DNA from: an uncultured Verrucomicrobiae bacterium
GTDB lineage: Bacteria > Verrucomicrobiota > Verrucomicrobiia > Limisphaerales > Palsa-1400
Assembly (NCBI GenBank): GCA_963702845.1
Contig: OY969763.1
Span: forward strand, 288,001-352,000
Direction of reading: 5' to 3'
DNA length: 64,000 bases
In this document: positions 9,202-19,790 of the stretch, piece by piece
Numbering within the stretch: position 1 is the first letter of the stretch
Layout of the letters: each line of letters starts with the position of its first letter
Position numbers and translations under genes: made by a program
Notes under the pieces: generated by a model
Told to the model about the DNA's origin: nothing
The model's database searches: none
Seen by the model: the letters and a program-made list of their open reading frames with translations, nothing else

Positions 9202-11817
9202 ATGCGGACGAGCCCATACACAATGAACCGACCGGCCACAGCGGCCAAGCGAACTTTGAGAAATCTTATTTATATTAGTCGTCTTTTTTGCTTGCTGCTG
9301 CTTGTTCAATTAGCCGCGACTACCGCTCCCGGCGCCGACTGGTTCTTGGACCCCGCTGCGACTGGTGCCAATAATGGCAGCAGTTGGAGCGCCGCATGGA
9401 AAAACCCGACCAACGTCAACTGGAATAGCGTGAACCCCGGTGACACCGTCTATGTCTCGGGTGGCACTACCAGCCAAGTGTATACCAACTGGCTGACCAT
9501 TGGCAAAAACGGAACTCCTGGAAATTATATTACCCTCAAAATCGGGCAGGACCCCGGTCATAACGGGAAAGCGATTTTCGACGGTTGCGCCGTAGGTATG
9601 AGTTCAACTGCGCAATGGAATGCAATTGATGGCGGCCGCTCCAGTAGCTTTGTGACGCCTACGAACCACGAGCAGGTGATCAAGGGCAGCACCGCCATCA
9701 CCAACAATATCGGTTTCGTTTGCAGAAACATCATTGGTACGAACGATAATGAATTCTCACCTTGTTGGTTGTATTTTTCTCAACCCAATAATCTTCGTGT
9801 ATCATGGGTCGAAGCCACTGGATTCACTAATAGGGTGAAATTCGATGATGGCCAGATCATCGCGGGTAATATTAATGGAGGGAATTGTACAAATATCGTA
9901 TTCCAGTATTTGTATGTCCACGATAACGGAGGTTGTCAGGTCGTGTGGGGCGGCCAACAGGCTACCAGCTTTGACAACGTGGTTTTTCAATACATTTTCA
10001 TGGACTGGAATGTGGAAGATTATTTCCGCATTAGCGGCGGCTTCAGCATTCACGATTCTGTCATTGGTCGAACTGACGGCGCGTCCGATCACACTGACTT
10101 GTTTCAGATCACAGGCAATTATTTCAAAATCTACAACAACGACATTCGCGAGTCAGAGAACTCCATTTTCCGTATCCAAAATTTAGCCGGAGCACCAACA
10201 TATACCAACGTGATGCATGACGTTTGGTTCTTTAATAACATCTTTAGTGAAAAAGAAGGGAGAGGCGCTGGCGGAACATGGGACGAGCCAGGATGTATTG
10301 TCAATTTTGACCCGCTTCACCCGGCTGGGTTGCAAGTCTACAGCAATATCATAATCGCAAACAATTTGTGGTATAATACCGTCACGAACCACATTTTCAT
10401 GCCGGGGGCGACCCCGGACGGGTTGCCTATCAATAGCACAATTTATTGGTCGAAGGGTGGCGCTACCGTGGTGACTAACGCCTACATTACGAACTGTTTA
10501 TTCGTAAATAACTTGTTCATTGATCGTCAAAAAGGCGTGAACATGGCTGCGAGCACCAAATTGATAGGAGCGGAAGGATATTGGCCCTACAGAAACGATG
10601 CTCATGGACTGCTGTTTGATTACAACGTGATGGCAAACACCAACACATATATCAGCAACGCCAGACGGTTGAGTTACATGGATGTTACTGCCGATTTGGA
10701 AGTTCACCCGTTCAAAATGAGCAACAAAACGAACTACCCGGTGTTTGTTGCCCCGTATAGCGACAACTACGAACTTCAAGCGACCACGCCGGCAGGTATC
10801 AATGACGGTTACAACATGTCCGCTTACTTTAATTTCGATGGATTAAACCGTCCTCGCAATGTCGGGGGCGCATGGGACCGCGGGCCGCTGGAATACCAGG
10901 GCGGCGGCTCGACTGGAACGCTTACGTCAGGCCTGCTCGTCTGGTTGACCTTTGATGATGATTTTTCCGATAATAAACTTGATGATTCAAGTGGCAATGG
11001 CAATCACGCCTGGAGATTTGGACGAATCGGATCATCTTACCCCACGAACTTCCCCAAACAGATTCTCAGCAGCACTACACCCGGAAGAACGAACCTGTCC
11101 AGTGGTGATTACTGCGGAAAATTCGACTGGTATCCCACCGGTTACGGTCTTTACGGTCGCGAAGGCGATTACGCGGCAATAACGAATACTGCGAGTCTCA
11201 CCAACATGGCTACGGCGACCATCATGTGCTGGGCGCGCTATTACCCGTCGCACCCTGGACTGGATTACAGTTCCGATGCCAACGAGACACTATTGAGCGC
11301 AGGAGTGTCGGCCGGGGTCGTTGGATCCTGGGGTTTCGGACGAGACAATGACAACATCTGGTTGAACAACACGCGGTTTTACGTTCTGACCAACAGTTCG
11401 ACGTGGAACTATTCCATTTTGGAATTCCCGGAGAACGGTTACAACGACGACTCGATTAATTGGACCCATTATGCAATGACGTGGAACAACGGCGTGATGG
11501 TTGCCTACATGAACGGCGTCGCTGTCAGAACCAACGATTGCAGTGCGGCCACCACCCGCCTGCAGATCGGACGGAACCCGAATGCTCCATACTCCTGGAT
11601 CGGCGTCGGTTGCGATACTCATGGCGGAACCCCGGCGCTGAACGATGAGGCACCCAATATCGAGTATCCGAACAATGGTTTTCTTAACGGCGTCATGGAT
11701 GACGTCCGAATCTACAATCGTGCTTTAAATCCCTCTGAAATCCAGAGCATCTATTCACCAGCCAGCCAGCAAGGTCAGCAAAAGCCTGTCGGTCCCACTA
11801 GATTGCGGATTCAATGA
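9202..11817 (+). CDS. Secreted right-handed beta-helix (pectin lyase-like fold) protein with C-terminal LamG/ConA-like domain
   Basis: Signal peptide; GANNGSSWSAAW and VNPGDTVYVSGG start; Asn-ladder repeats; AWDRGPLEY; LamG ending LNGVMDDVRIYNRAL; start could be 9202 or 9223. Confidence 0.75.
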   Translation: MRTSPYTMNRPATAAKRTLRNLIYISRLFCLLLLVQLAATTAPGADWFLDPAATGANNGSSWSAAWKNPTNVNWNSVNPGDTVYVSGGTTSQVYTNWLTIGKNGTPGNYITLKIGQDPGHNGKAIFDGCAVGMSSTAQWNAIDGGRSSSFVTPTNHEQVIKGSTAITNNIGFVCRNIIGTNDNEFSPCWLYFSQPNNLRVSWVEATGFTNRVKFDDGQIIAGNINGGNCTNIVFQYLYVHDNGGCQVVWGGQQATSFDNVVFQYIFMDWNVEDYFRISGGFSIHDSVIGRTDGASDHTDLFQITGNYFKIYNNDIRESENSIFRIQNLAGAPTYTNVMHDVWFFNNIFSEKEGRGAGGTWDEPGCIVNFDPLHPAGLQVYSNIIIANNLWYNTVTNHIFMPGATPDGLPINSTIYWSKGGATVVTNAYITNCLFVNNLFIDRQKGVNMAASTKLIGAEGYWPYRNDAHGLLFDYNVMANTNTYISNARRLSYMDVTADLEVHPFKMSNKTNYPVFVAPYSDNYELQATTPAGINDGYNMSAYFNFDGLNRPRNVGGAWDRGPLEYQGGGSTGTLTSGLLVWLTFDDDFSDNKLDDSSGNGNHAWRFGRIGSSYPTNFPKQILSSTTPGRTNLSSGDYCGKFDWYPTGYGLYGREGDYAAITNTASLTNMATATIMCWARYYPSHPGLDYSSDANETLLSAGVSAGVVGSWGFGRDNDNIWLNNTRFYVLTNSSTWNYSILEFPENGYNDDSINWTHYAMTWNNGVMVAYMNGVAVRTNDCSAATTRLQIGRNPNAPYSWIGVGCDTHGGTPALNDEAPNIEYPNNGFLNGVMDDVRIYNRALNPSEIQSIYSPASQQGQQKPVGPTRLRIQ

Positions 11818-11917
11818 CTTGGTTCGATCTCTCGGATCTACATTTCCGGTTCCCGTAGTTTTTCAGCAGCTGTAATAAACCTATTTCCTTTCGACGGAAA
11901 TAGCGTTCTTCGAAACG

Positions 11918-13468
11918 ATGAAAACACTGTTATACATCATGCTGATTGCAGGTTTTCTGGAGGTAACGGTTAACACGAATGCCGCGGATTGGTATGTGGA
12001 CACAAGGTGCAACGGGAACAATTCCGGTGCGGATTGGGCCAATGCCTGGACGAATCTTGCAGGCATTGCTTGGAACCGTATCAACCCGGGCGATACGATT
12101 TTCCTGTCGGGCGGTCGATATGACGAGACGCTCGTGGTGCGCAAATCCGGTTTATCCAACGCGCCGATCACGATTCGAGTGGCGCAGGAGCGCGAGCACA
12201 ATTCTCCTGTCCTGTTGAATGGAATTGGTCTCGGCGCGCAGCACTGGATCACCATAAACGGCGCCTTGAGTGATTCGTTTACCGCCCCGACAAATATCCT
12301 CGGCCTCGGCCAAATGACCAATAATATTGGAATTTTAGCGCAGAATACCAACGGCACCGCCATTTATATGACAAGCCCGAATGGCGTTCACCTTTCCTGG
12401 GTCGGCGTCCGCGCTTCACGGGGTCCTAATGGTTACGACGCGAACGGCATTCAGGCGAACATGACCAGTCGCGGTCCGACCGACAATAACGTGATCAAGT
12501 ATTGCTGGATCAACCATGTCGAGGATGACGGGATCAACTGGATTGGAAACGATCCGGCCACACACTTTGGCCATCAGGAGGTCGCCTTCTGCATTATCGA
12601 GTACGTTGGTGATGACGGTATGGAAGCGAATCACGGATTCACCATCCACGATTGCTTGCTGGGCCCTTCTAGGTTTTTGCATGGGCACCCGGATGGGATT
12701 CAAAGCGTGGGCAGCTATTGGAAAATTTATAACAACGAATTCCAGGATTTCGGTAACAGTTGGATTCGCGAGCAGGCTACTCAAACCAACCATCATGACA
12801 TCTGGATCTACAATAATTTATTTCTGAGTGGCATCCGGACGAACGAATCGTTTCTGCTCTCGAATACCGGCATTGAGGTCGTGCAATATGCCGCGTGGCT
12901 GGGTGAAGTGCCGGCCATGACCTGGAGCAACATTATCGTTGTCAATAATACATTCTTCAATGCCACCGGTGCTGTTCGCGGCGCCATCAACTGGGCCAAG
13001 CGCGACGAGGACACTCCTGGGGCATTTGTTCACAACGTTTTTCTGACCAACTGTATGTTCGTCAACAATTTGGTCGTGGATTGCGCCTACGGCGCGTCCG
13101 CTCCGTGGCAGCCGGTGAAGACCTCACGGCCGTGGGGTGCGGCCGTAAATTACGCTCCAGAGGACCTCATCTGGGATTACAATACGATTACCGGATTCAA
13201 GGCGAACGAGGCGACGCGGGTCGTCTATTCGGGTGCCGCATACTTGCGCGCCGAAATGCTGGGCGCGGGTTTGCCGTGGCAACACAACAGTAGCTTGCTG
13301 GTTCAATTCGTTGATCCGCAACATTGGGATCTGAGACTTGCTGGGTCAAATACATCCGCTGCCATCAACGGCAAAAACCTGTCGCCATTGTTTAATTACG
13401 ACATTTTGAATGCTCCGAGACTCGCGACGGGAACCTGGACCCGCGGTGCCTACGCGTTCTCACATTGA
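11918..13468 (+). CDS. Secreted beta-helix protein, paralogue of the N-terminal part of 9202..11817
   Basis: Signal peptide; NNSGADWANAW, INPGDTIFLSGG, HPDGIQ, HDIWIYNNLF and TNCMFVNNL match the upstream gene. Confidence 0.75.
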   Translation: MKTLLYIMLIAGFLEVTVNTNAADWYVDTRCNGNNSGADWANAWTNLAGIAWNRINPGDTIFLSGGRYDETLVVRKSGLSNAPITIRVAQEREHNSPVLLNGIGLGAQHWITINGALSDSFTAPTNILGLGQMTNNIGILAQNTNGTAIYMTSPNGVHLSWVGVRASRGPNGYDANGIQANMTSRGPTDNNVIKYCWINHVEDDGINWIGNDPATHFGHQEVAFCIIEYVGDDGMEANHGFTIHDCLLGPSRFLHGHPDGIQSVGSYWKIYNNEFQDFGNSWIREQATQTNHHDIWIYNNLFLSGIRTNESFLLSNTGIEVVQYAAWLGEVPAMTWSNIIVVNNTFFNATGAVRGAINWAKRDEDTPGAFVHNVFLTNCMFVNNLVVDCAYGASAPWQPVKTSRPWGAAVNYAPEDLIWDYNTITGFKANEATRVVYSGAAYLRAEMLGAGLPWQHNSSLLVQFVDPQHWDLRLAGSNTSAAINGKNLSPLFNYDILNAPRLATGTWTRGAYAFSH

Positions 13469-13488
13469 CAGGCCAGCCGGCAGAAAAC

Positions 13489-14688
13489 ATGCAAAAGCCA
13501 TTCGACAAGCCCATTTACGTCACGCGCCCTTTTCTGCCACCGCTCTCGGAATTTTCCGCGGGGCTGCAGGAAATCTGGGACAACGCCTGGCTGACCAATA
13601 ACGGACCGGTCCTTCTGCGCTATCAGAAGGAACTTTGCAAATATTTCAACTCCGACAACCTGTGCCTGTTTAACAATGGCACGCTCGCGCTCCAGATCGC
13701 CCTGCAAGGGATGCAGTTGTCGGGCGAAGTGATCACCACCCCGTTCACCTTTGTCGCAACGACGCACGCGCTTTTCTGGAACAAAATTCGCCCGGTGTTT
13801 GTCGACATCGAGCCGGATCATTACACCCTCGACCCCGAAAAGGTTGAGGCGGCGATTACCCCCTGGACGACTGCCATTCTTGCCGTCCACGTCTACGGCT
13901 ATCCTTGCAAATTGAAGGAATTGGCCGAGATCGCCCGACGGCACAACATCATGCTGCTCTACGATGCCGCGCACGCTTTCGGTGTCACCGTCGATGGAAA
14001 ATCCATCGGTCATTACGGGGATTTGAGCATGTTCAGCTTCCACGCGACGAAGCTTTACCACTCGATAGAGGGCGGCTTGCTCATGTTCTCTGACCCCGGG
14101 AACAAGAAGATTTTCGATTATCTCAAAAATTTTGGGTTCGAGAACGAACTCGAAGTCGTGATGCCGGGCACCAACGCCAAAATGAACGAGTTCCAGGCCC
14201 TCATGGGATTACAGGTGTTGCAACATCTGGGCGGGATCATTGACCGGCGCAAACACATTGATGCCGTTTATCGCGACCGTTTGCGATTTATTCCCGGCGT
14301 TCGATTTCCCGCGTTGCCGCCGGATAATATCCAGGTCAATTACGCCTATTTTCCCGTGGAAATAGATGCTGATGCTTTCGGGATGAGCCGCGATGATCTT
14401 TATGCAGCGCTCCAGCGCTACAATGTTTTCACTCGCCGCTACTTTTATCCGCTGGTCCCCGATTTTTCCTGTTACCGCACATTGTCGGTTTCGGCAAAGG
14501 ACCCGTTGACCACCGCGCGTCGCGTCGCGAAATCCATTCTCACATTGCCCATTTATGATTCGCTGCCGTTGCAACACGTGGAGCGAATTTGTGAAATGAT
14601 CGAGCATATCCGCTGCTCTAATCAACAGACCGCCAAAGCAGCAAATCAACCAATGGCCTTCGTGCCGCCTTCCGCCAAAGTCGCATAA
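13489..14688 (+). CDS. DegT/DnrJ/EryC1/StrS sugar aminotransferase (VioA-like)
   Basis: WLTNNGP, YDAAHAFG, SFHATK (PLP lysine), NAKMNE and RRYFYP motifs. Confidence 0.92.
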   Translation: MQKPFDKPIYVTRPFLPPLSEFSAGLQEIWDNAWLTNNGPVLLRYQKELCKYFNSDNLCLFNNGTLALQIALQGMQLSGEVITTPFTFVATTHALFWNKIRPVFVDIEPDHYTLDPEKVEAAITPWTTAILAVHVYGYPCKLKELAEIARRHNIMLLYDAAHAFGVTVDGKSIGHYGDLSMFSFHATKLYHSIEGGLLMFSDPGNKKIFDYLKNFGFENELEVVMPGTNAKMNEFQALMGLQVLQHLGGIIDRRKHIDAVYRDRLRFIPGVRFPALPPDNIQVNYAYFPVEIDADAFGMSRDDLYAALQRYNVFTRRYFYPLVPDFSCYRTLSVSAKDPLTTARRVAKSILTLPIYDSLPLQHVERICEMIEHIRCSNQQTAKAANQPMAFVPPSAKVA

Positions 14689-14705
14689 GCGAATGTCCGC
14701 GTTTC

Positions 14706-15365
14706 ATGCGTCCGAAAATTGCCATCTGGGGTGCGTCTGGCCATGCAATCGTCGTTGCCGATATTTTGCGGTTGCAAGGCGAATACGAAGTCGTCGGTCT
14801 GTTGGACGATACGAACCCGGCCCGTCGCGGACAACGCGTCGGCGGCGTGGAGGTGTTGGGTGGCCGGGACCAACTCGTGGTCCTGCGCAGCCACGACGTG
14901 AGGTTTCTAATCGTTGCGATCGGAAACTGCGAGGCCCGTTACAGGGTCGCGCTCGCTGCCAAAGAGCACGGTTTTGAGTTTGCGACCGCGATTCATCCCG
15001 GCGCAATCGTTGCCAGTGACGTCAAAATCGGCGAAGGCACAGTCATTGTCGCTGGCGCGGTCATCAATCCCGCAGTTCGCCTCGGTGCTCATGTCATCGT
15101 CAACACCTGCGCCAGCGTCGATCACGAATGTGTCGTTGGCGACGCGGTCCACATCGGTCCCGGTTCTCGTTTAGGTGGCTGCGTTGTTGTCGGCGATGGT
15201 GCCTGGATTGGAATCGGCGCGACAATATTTGACCGGATTGAGATCGGATGTCGGTCCATAATTGGAGGCGGCTCGGTAGTGACAAGACACGTTCCCAAAG
15301 ACGTCGTTGCTTATGGTGTTCCCGCAAAAGTTGTACGCGCATTACACGGCGAACCAAGCTCCTAG
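14706..15365 (+). CDS. Sugar N/O-acetyltransferase, NeuD/PglD family
   Basis: IWGASGHA, AIGN, VDHEC, hexapeptide repeats and GVPAK. Confidence 0.9.
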   Translation: MRPKIAIWGASGHAIVVADILRLQGEYEVVGLLDDTNPARRGQRVGGVEVLGGRDQLVVLRSHDVRFLIVAIGNCEARYRVALAAKEHGFEFATAIHPGAIVASDVKIGEGTVIVAGAVINPAVRLGAHVIVNTCASVDHECVVGDAVHIGPGSRLGGCVVVGDGAWIGIGATIFDRIEIGCRSIIGGGSVVTRHVPKDVVAYGVPAKVVRALHGEPSS

Positions 15366-15366
15366 C

Positions 15367-15522
15367 ATGGTAGTTTCGAACAAAGAAGATTTAGCTTATT
15401 TAGGATTTCTGGATGGAATCCGAGGCGGCGCTGCTCTGTGGGTTTTGGTAGCGAATCAACCGCCCACAGTTGCCACAACCAGCGCGTACGATTACGTGCC
15501 TGTAAATACCGGAAAAGATTAA
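15367..15522 (+). pseudogene. Truncated remnant of an acyltransferase-3 (OafA-like) gene
   Basis: MVVSNKEDLAYLGFLDGIRGGAALWVLV matches the LDGLRGxAAxxV start of the family, then degenerates and stops at 51 aa. Confidence 0.6.
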
Positions 15523-15524
15523 CC

Positions 15525-16970
15525 GTGTCTCTCAAACACAAAACACTGAACGCCCTTTCGTGGAGCTTGGTTCAGGAAATAGCGGGGCGCGGGTTGCAAC
15601 TTGGCGTTGGCATCCTGCTCGCGCGGCTGCTTGGCCCCAAGGAGTTTGGGCTGCTCGCAATGCTGACGATTTTCATCGCGGTTGCACAGGCGCTGGTGGA
15701 AAGCGGATTTGCTTCAGCATTGATTCAACGTAAAGAGCCCACGGAAGCCGACGAATGTTCGGTCTTCTACTTTAATTTGCTGATTGCAGGGGTGTTGGTG
15801 GCGTCACTCTATTTGGTCGCGCCGTGTATTGCGCAGTTCTACAAACAACCTCAGCTGACGGCGCTGATGCGTGCATTGTCCTGTATCCTGCTGATCAATA
15901 GCGGCTGTGTAGTTCAGAATGCGTTAATGGTACGCCGGCTCGATTTCAAGCGTCAGGCAGTGGTGGCGGTTTGCAGCCTGATCGTTTCCGGCGTTGTCGC
16001 CGTCATCATGGCATGGCGCGGATTTGGCGTGTGGAGCCTGGTGGGTCAGCAGGTGAGTGCCAGTCTCATGCGTTTAATGATGCTGTGGCAGATGAATCCA
16101 TGGCGGCCCAAATGGCTTTTCAGCACGAAGTCATTGCGCCAACTATTTGCTTTTGGTTCTGGAATGATGGCTTCGACACTGACAAGCCAGGTGTGTGACA
16201 ATCTCATGTCGTTGGTGATTGGCAGGATGTTCTCGCCGGTGATGCTCGGCTTTTACAGTCGCGCCGTGACCTTACAGGATGCCGCCTCGCAGGCCCTGGC
16301 CAGCATGGCCAATCGCGTCACTTTCCCTGTGTTTTCGCAGATTCAAGATGATCCACCGCGAATGAAGCGTGCCGTGCAAAAGGCGATGACGACCATTGCC
16401 TTTGTGCAGTTTCCGATGTTGATTGGATTGGGGGCAGTTGCCAGACCGCTTGTGCTTTTCTTGCTTACCGATAAATGGGCCCCCACCATTCCTTATCTGC
16501 AACTGCTTTGCTGCGCAGGGTTGCTTTATCCCGTGCACCTCTTGAATCTCAGCGTGCTCACTTCGATGGGCCGCTCCGACCTTTACTTCCGCCTTGGGGT
16601 GATTAAGCGCGTTTTGCAGGTTGCGGCAATGCTTGTCACTTTTAAGTGGGGCGTCCTCGTTATGGTTTGGGGGCAGGTTGTCGTCAGCTTTATTTCATTT
16701 TTTGTGAACAGTTTTTATACCAAACGGTTTATCGGTTATTCGATTCCTGAGCAGATGCGCGACCTGTTCCCGTATGCCACGGCTTCCTGTGCAATGGGTT
16801 TGGCGGTTTCGGTCGCAACCTTGCCGATTCCCGAAGGACACGCCGGGCAACTTTTCTTCAAAATCGCACTCGGGGCGATCATTTACGGGGTGCTCGGTAG
16901 CGTTTTTCCGTTCGGCGCTGTAAGGGAGCTAAAGAGTATCGTCCGCAGTCGAGCCGTTGCTGTTACCTAA
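15525..16970 (+). CDS. wzx: Polysaccharide flippase (Wzx/WzxC family)
   Basis: LARLLGPKEFG, ALIQRK, GFGVWSLVGQQ, LGFYSRA and many TM segments; GTG start 15525. Confidence 0.9.
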   Translation: MSLKHKTLNALSWSLVQEIAGRGLQLGVGILLARLLGPKEFGLLAMLTIFIAVAQALVESGFASALIQRKEPTEADECSVFYFNLLIAGVLVASLYLVAPCIAQFYKQPQLTALMRALSCILLINSGCVVQNALMVRRLDFKRQAVVAVCSLIVSGVVAVIMAWRGFGVWSLVGQQVSASLMRLMMLWQMNPWRPKWLFSTKSLRQLFAFGSGMMASTLTSQVCDNLMSLVIGRMFSPVMLGFYSRAVTLQDAASQALASMANRVTFPVFSQIQDDPPRMKRAVQKAMTTIAFVQFPMLIGLGAVARPLVLFLLTDKWAPTIPYLQLLCCAGLLYPVHLLNLSVLTSMGRSDLYFRLGVIKRVLQVAAMLVTFKWGVLVMVWGQVVVSFISFFVNSFYTKRFIGYSIPEQMRDLFPYATASCAMGLAVSVATLPIPEGHAGQLFFKIALGAIIYGVLGSVFPFGAVRELKSIVRSRAVAVT

Positions 16971-17017
16971 ATCGAGCCGTTGCTGTTACCTAAATCGAGC
17001 CGTTGCTGTTACCTAAA
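16949..17017. repeat. Perfect tandem repeat, 3 x 23 bp (TCGAGCCGTTGCTGTTACCTAAA)
   Basis: Copies at 16949, 16972 and 16995 with no spacers. Confidence 0.97.
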
Positions 17018-17019
17018 TT

Positions 17020-17766
17020 ATGCGAGAATTGCTTCAAGAGATCTACGCTACAAGGACCGTCGTTGGCCGAAGTGGCGCCATTCACAAGTTGGATAGCGAA
17101 ATTAGTCCCGAGGAAGGAAGGCTTTTATCCTCCTTGATCGCAAGCGATCCCAGTGTTGTCCGAACTTTAGAGGTTGGCTGCGCTTACGGGATGTCATCGC
17201 TTCACATTTGTAGCGCTATAAATGGCAGGAACGGCGCGCACCACACAATTATTGACCCGTTCCAAAACGAACGCTGGGATGGCACCGGGATTGCCAACCT
17301 CGAGCGCGGTGGGATGCGATTTTTTCAGCTTATCGAGGAGAAATCCGAATTTGCCCTGCCGCGCTTGTGTCTCGAAGCCGAAGAGCAGTTCGATCTTATC
17401 TTCGTTGATGGTTTCCACACCTTTGACCATACGCTGATTGATTGCTTCTATGCTACTCGCCTGTTGCGCACGGGCGGCTACCTCGTCGTTGACGACGCAA
17501 GCTGGCGTTCCGTAAATCGTTGTATCAGCTACCTGGCTAAATATCCGTGCTATAGAATACACGGCGCCGTCAGTGTCCCGAAACCGGCAACTCCTTTGCG
17601 TCGCGCAGCCAAAATCTTTCGGAAGGCCATGCCAAAATCGGTTTTCGGAAAGCTTCTGCATCCGAATCTTGTTGAACGGATTTGGACCGATTCGACCAAT
17701 TCAATGGTGGCGCTTAAGAAGGTCTGTAAAGACGAGCGTGACTGGAAGTGGTACGCCGATTTTTGA
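17020..17766 (+). CDS. Class I SAM-dependent methyltransferase (Methyltransf_24-like)
   Basis: LEVGCAYGMS, IFVDGFH and LVVDD motifs. Confidence 0.85.
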   Translation: MRELLQEIYATRTVVGRSGAIHKLDSEISPEEGRLLSSLIASDPSVVRTLEVGCAYGMSSLHICSAINGRNGAHHTIIDPFQNERWDGTGIANLERGGMRFFQLIEEKSEFALPRLCLEAEEQFDLIFVDGFHTFDHTLIDCFYATRLLRTGGYLVVDDASWRSVNRCISYLAKYPCYRIHGAVSVPKPATPLRRAAKIFRKAMPKSVFGKLLHPNLVERIWTDSTNSMVALKKVCKDERDWKWYADF

Positions 17767-17818
17767 CAATCAGAAGAACAACTGATTCTCAATCAATCCG
17801 TGCCTACGCCCTGACAAA

Positions 17819-18859
17819 ATGCAAAACCCTCGCGAATATAGCTGCGATCCGGTGGTAAGCGTTGCGATGATTACTTACAATCATCGCGCTTACATCGAGA
17901 AGGCGATCGCCAGTATTCTTGCACAGGAGGCTGATTTTAACTTTGAACTCGTGATTGGCGACGACTGCTCGACTGATGGAACACGCGAAGTCGTTTTGGA
18001 AAGCCAGCGACAGCACCCAAATCGCATCCGCGTCATCGTCTCAGAAAAGAATGTCGGCATGCACGAAAACCTTCGTCGTGTCGAACAGGCCTGCCGTGGT
18101 AAATACATCGCCTACTGCGAAGGGGACGACTTCTGGAACGATCTCACGAAACTGGCAAAACAAGTCGCGTTTCTTGAAAGCCGGCCTGGCCACGTAATGG
18201 TGCACACCCATTGTCACCGATATTTTGTCACCAAAAAACGTCTTCTCGTTAACAGTTTGAGGGTTCCCGAAGGATTAAATGATGCGAATGCATATGAAGA
18301 CATTCTGACCGGGCGTCGCACGCCGTTGACTCTTTCGGTGCTCGCACGTCGGGAAGCACTTCATACCGTTTTGCAAAACTGTCCAGAGTGTACCGACCGT
18401 AAGTGGCCGATGGGTGATACGCAACGATGGTTGGAGTTGTCCCGTTTGGGCAGTATCGGCTGCATTCATGAGCCGCTTGTTACAAAGAATGTGCTGCCGG
18501 AATCTGCAGGACAATCGATGGATCAGCAAAAATGCTTAAGGTTCTATCTCGCGGCTAGAGAATTAGAGCTCCACTATCTAAAAAAATATCCTATCGATCC
18601 TCAGTCGGAACGCCGGGCCCGGCAGCGACTGGCTCTCGTGCTGCTTCAACATGCTTGTGCCGCAAACGACCCCGTTGTGGCGCGGCAAATGTATTCGGCG
18701 TATCGAGAGCAGGGAGGAAGTTCAGGTTTGCGCGCTGCATGGTTGTTGTGGGGCAGTCATTCCAGCATGCGACGTTGCGCTGTCTCGCCGTTAATAATAC
18801 TGGAAAAGGTATGGCGACGTGCCACTCGCTTGGCGATGGCGCCGTTGCGACCTTCGTAA
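17819..18859 (+). CDS. Glycosyltransferase family 2
   Basis: MITYNH, GDDCSTDGT and CEGDDFW motifs. Confidence 0.9.
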   Translation: MQNPREYSCDPVVSVAMITYNHRAYIEKAIASILAQEADFNFELVIGDDCSTDGTREVVLESQRQHPNRIRVIVSEKNVGMHENLRRVEQACRGKYIAYCEGDDFWNDLTKLAKQVAFLESRPGHVMVHTHCHRYFVTKKRLLVNSLRVPEGLNDANAYEDILTGRRTPLTLSVLARREALHTVLQNCPECTDRKWPMGDTQRWLELSRLGSIGCIHEPLVTKNVLPESAGQSMDQQKCLRFYLAARELELHYLKKYPIDPQSERRARQRLALVLLQHACAANDPVVARQMYSAYREQGGSSGLRAAWLLWGSHSSMRRCAVSPLIILEKVWRRATRLAMAPLRPS

Positions 18860-18919
18860 AAACGCTGGTGCCGCTCAATGCGTCTGACGGCGGAAGAATA
18901 GACCAAATTTTAGTGCCCT

Positions 18920-19765
18920 ATGAATCGAATTAAAATCAGGGTTCTCATGCTCACGCACAACCGTCCGGGCTACACCGAGCTGGCCCTCTCGCGGCTCTGC
19001 GAAACCTTGCCCGATGATGCGCGCCTCACGGTTTGGGATAATGGATCGACTGGGGAGATGATTTCGCTCTTGAAAAAATTCGAACGTCACCCGCGTATCG
19101 AGCGCATCGTTTACAATCGCAAGAACGAAAAGCTTCGTGGTCCCACCAACTGGTTCTGGCAGTCCATCGGAGAAGCGGAATACGTGAGCAAGGTCGACGA
19201 TGATGGCCTGATGCCGGACAATTGGACGCAAATACTAGAACAGGCTCATCGCGATATTCCTGAAACTGGAATCCTCGGAACGTGGCGCTTTCCAGATGAA
19301 GATTATGTTGCCGATCTAGCCAGGAAAAAGATACAGACCTACGGGTCGCATCAGATTTTGCGAAACTGTTGGGTCGAGGGCTCTGGATATTTGATGAAGC
19401 GGTCGGTCATTGAACGGATCGGCCTGATCAAAGACGGCGAATCTTTCACGACATATTGTGTTCGCGCAGCCGCCGCCGGTTTTCTCAATGGCTGGTATTT
19501 TCCGTTCTTATACCAGGAACATATGGACGATCCGCGGGCGCCGCATACCGAAATGAAAACAGACGCGGACTTTCGTCGGCTTGAACCGCTAAGTGCGTCC
19601 ACCTTCAAGGTCAAATCGCGTGATGAATGGACAAACAAACTCCGACAGTTGGCGAAAAATCTACAGGCCTGCTCCTACGACCCGACCGATTATTTGGGGC
19701 CGAAGGCATGGGTGAAGCAACGCATGTGTAGAGTGCTGCGCAAGCCATACGCCCCACGTGCTTAA
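18920..19765 (+). CDS. Glycosyltransferase family 2-like
   Basis: LTHNRP, WDNGS and KVDDD motifs. Confidence 0.8.
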   Translation: MNRIKIRVLMLTHNRPGYTELALSRLCETLPDDARLTVWDNGSTGEMISLLKKFERHPRIERIVYNRKNEKLRGPTNWFWQSIGEAEYVSKVDDDGLMPDNWTQILEQAHRDIPETGILGTWRFPDEDYVADLARKKIQTYGSHQILRNCWVEGSGYLMKRSVIERIGLIKDGESFTTYCVRAAAAGFLNGWYFPFLYQEHMDDPRAPHTEMKTDADFRRLEPLSASTFKVKSRDEWTNKLRQLAKNLQACSYDPTDYLGPKAWVKQRMCRVLRKPYAPRA

Positions 19766-19790
19766 AGACTAAACGTCTCCTTTAACATCT

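Noticed and set aside
16949..17017. CRISPR array
   Set aside because: The 23-bp units abut with no spacers, and there are no cas genes.
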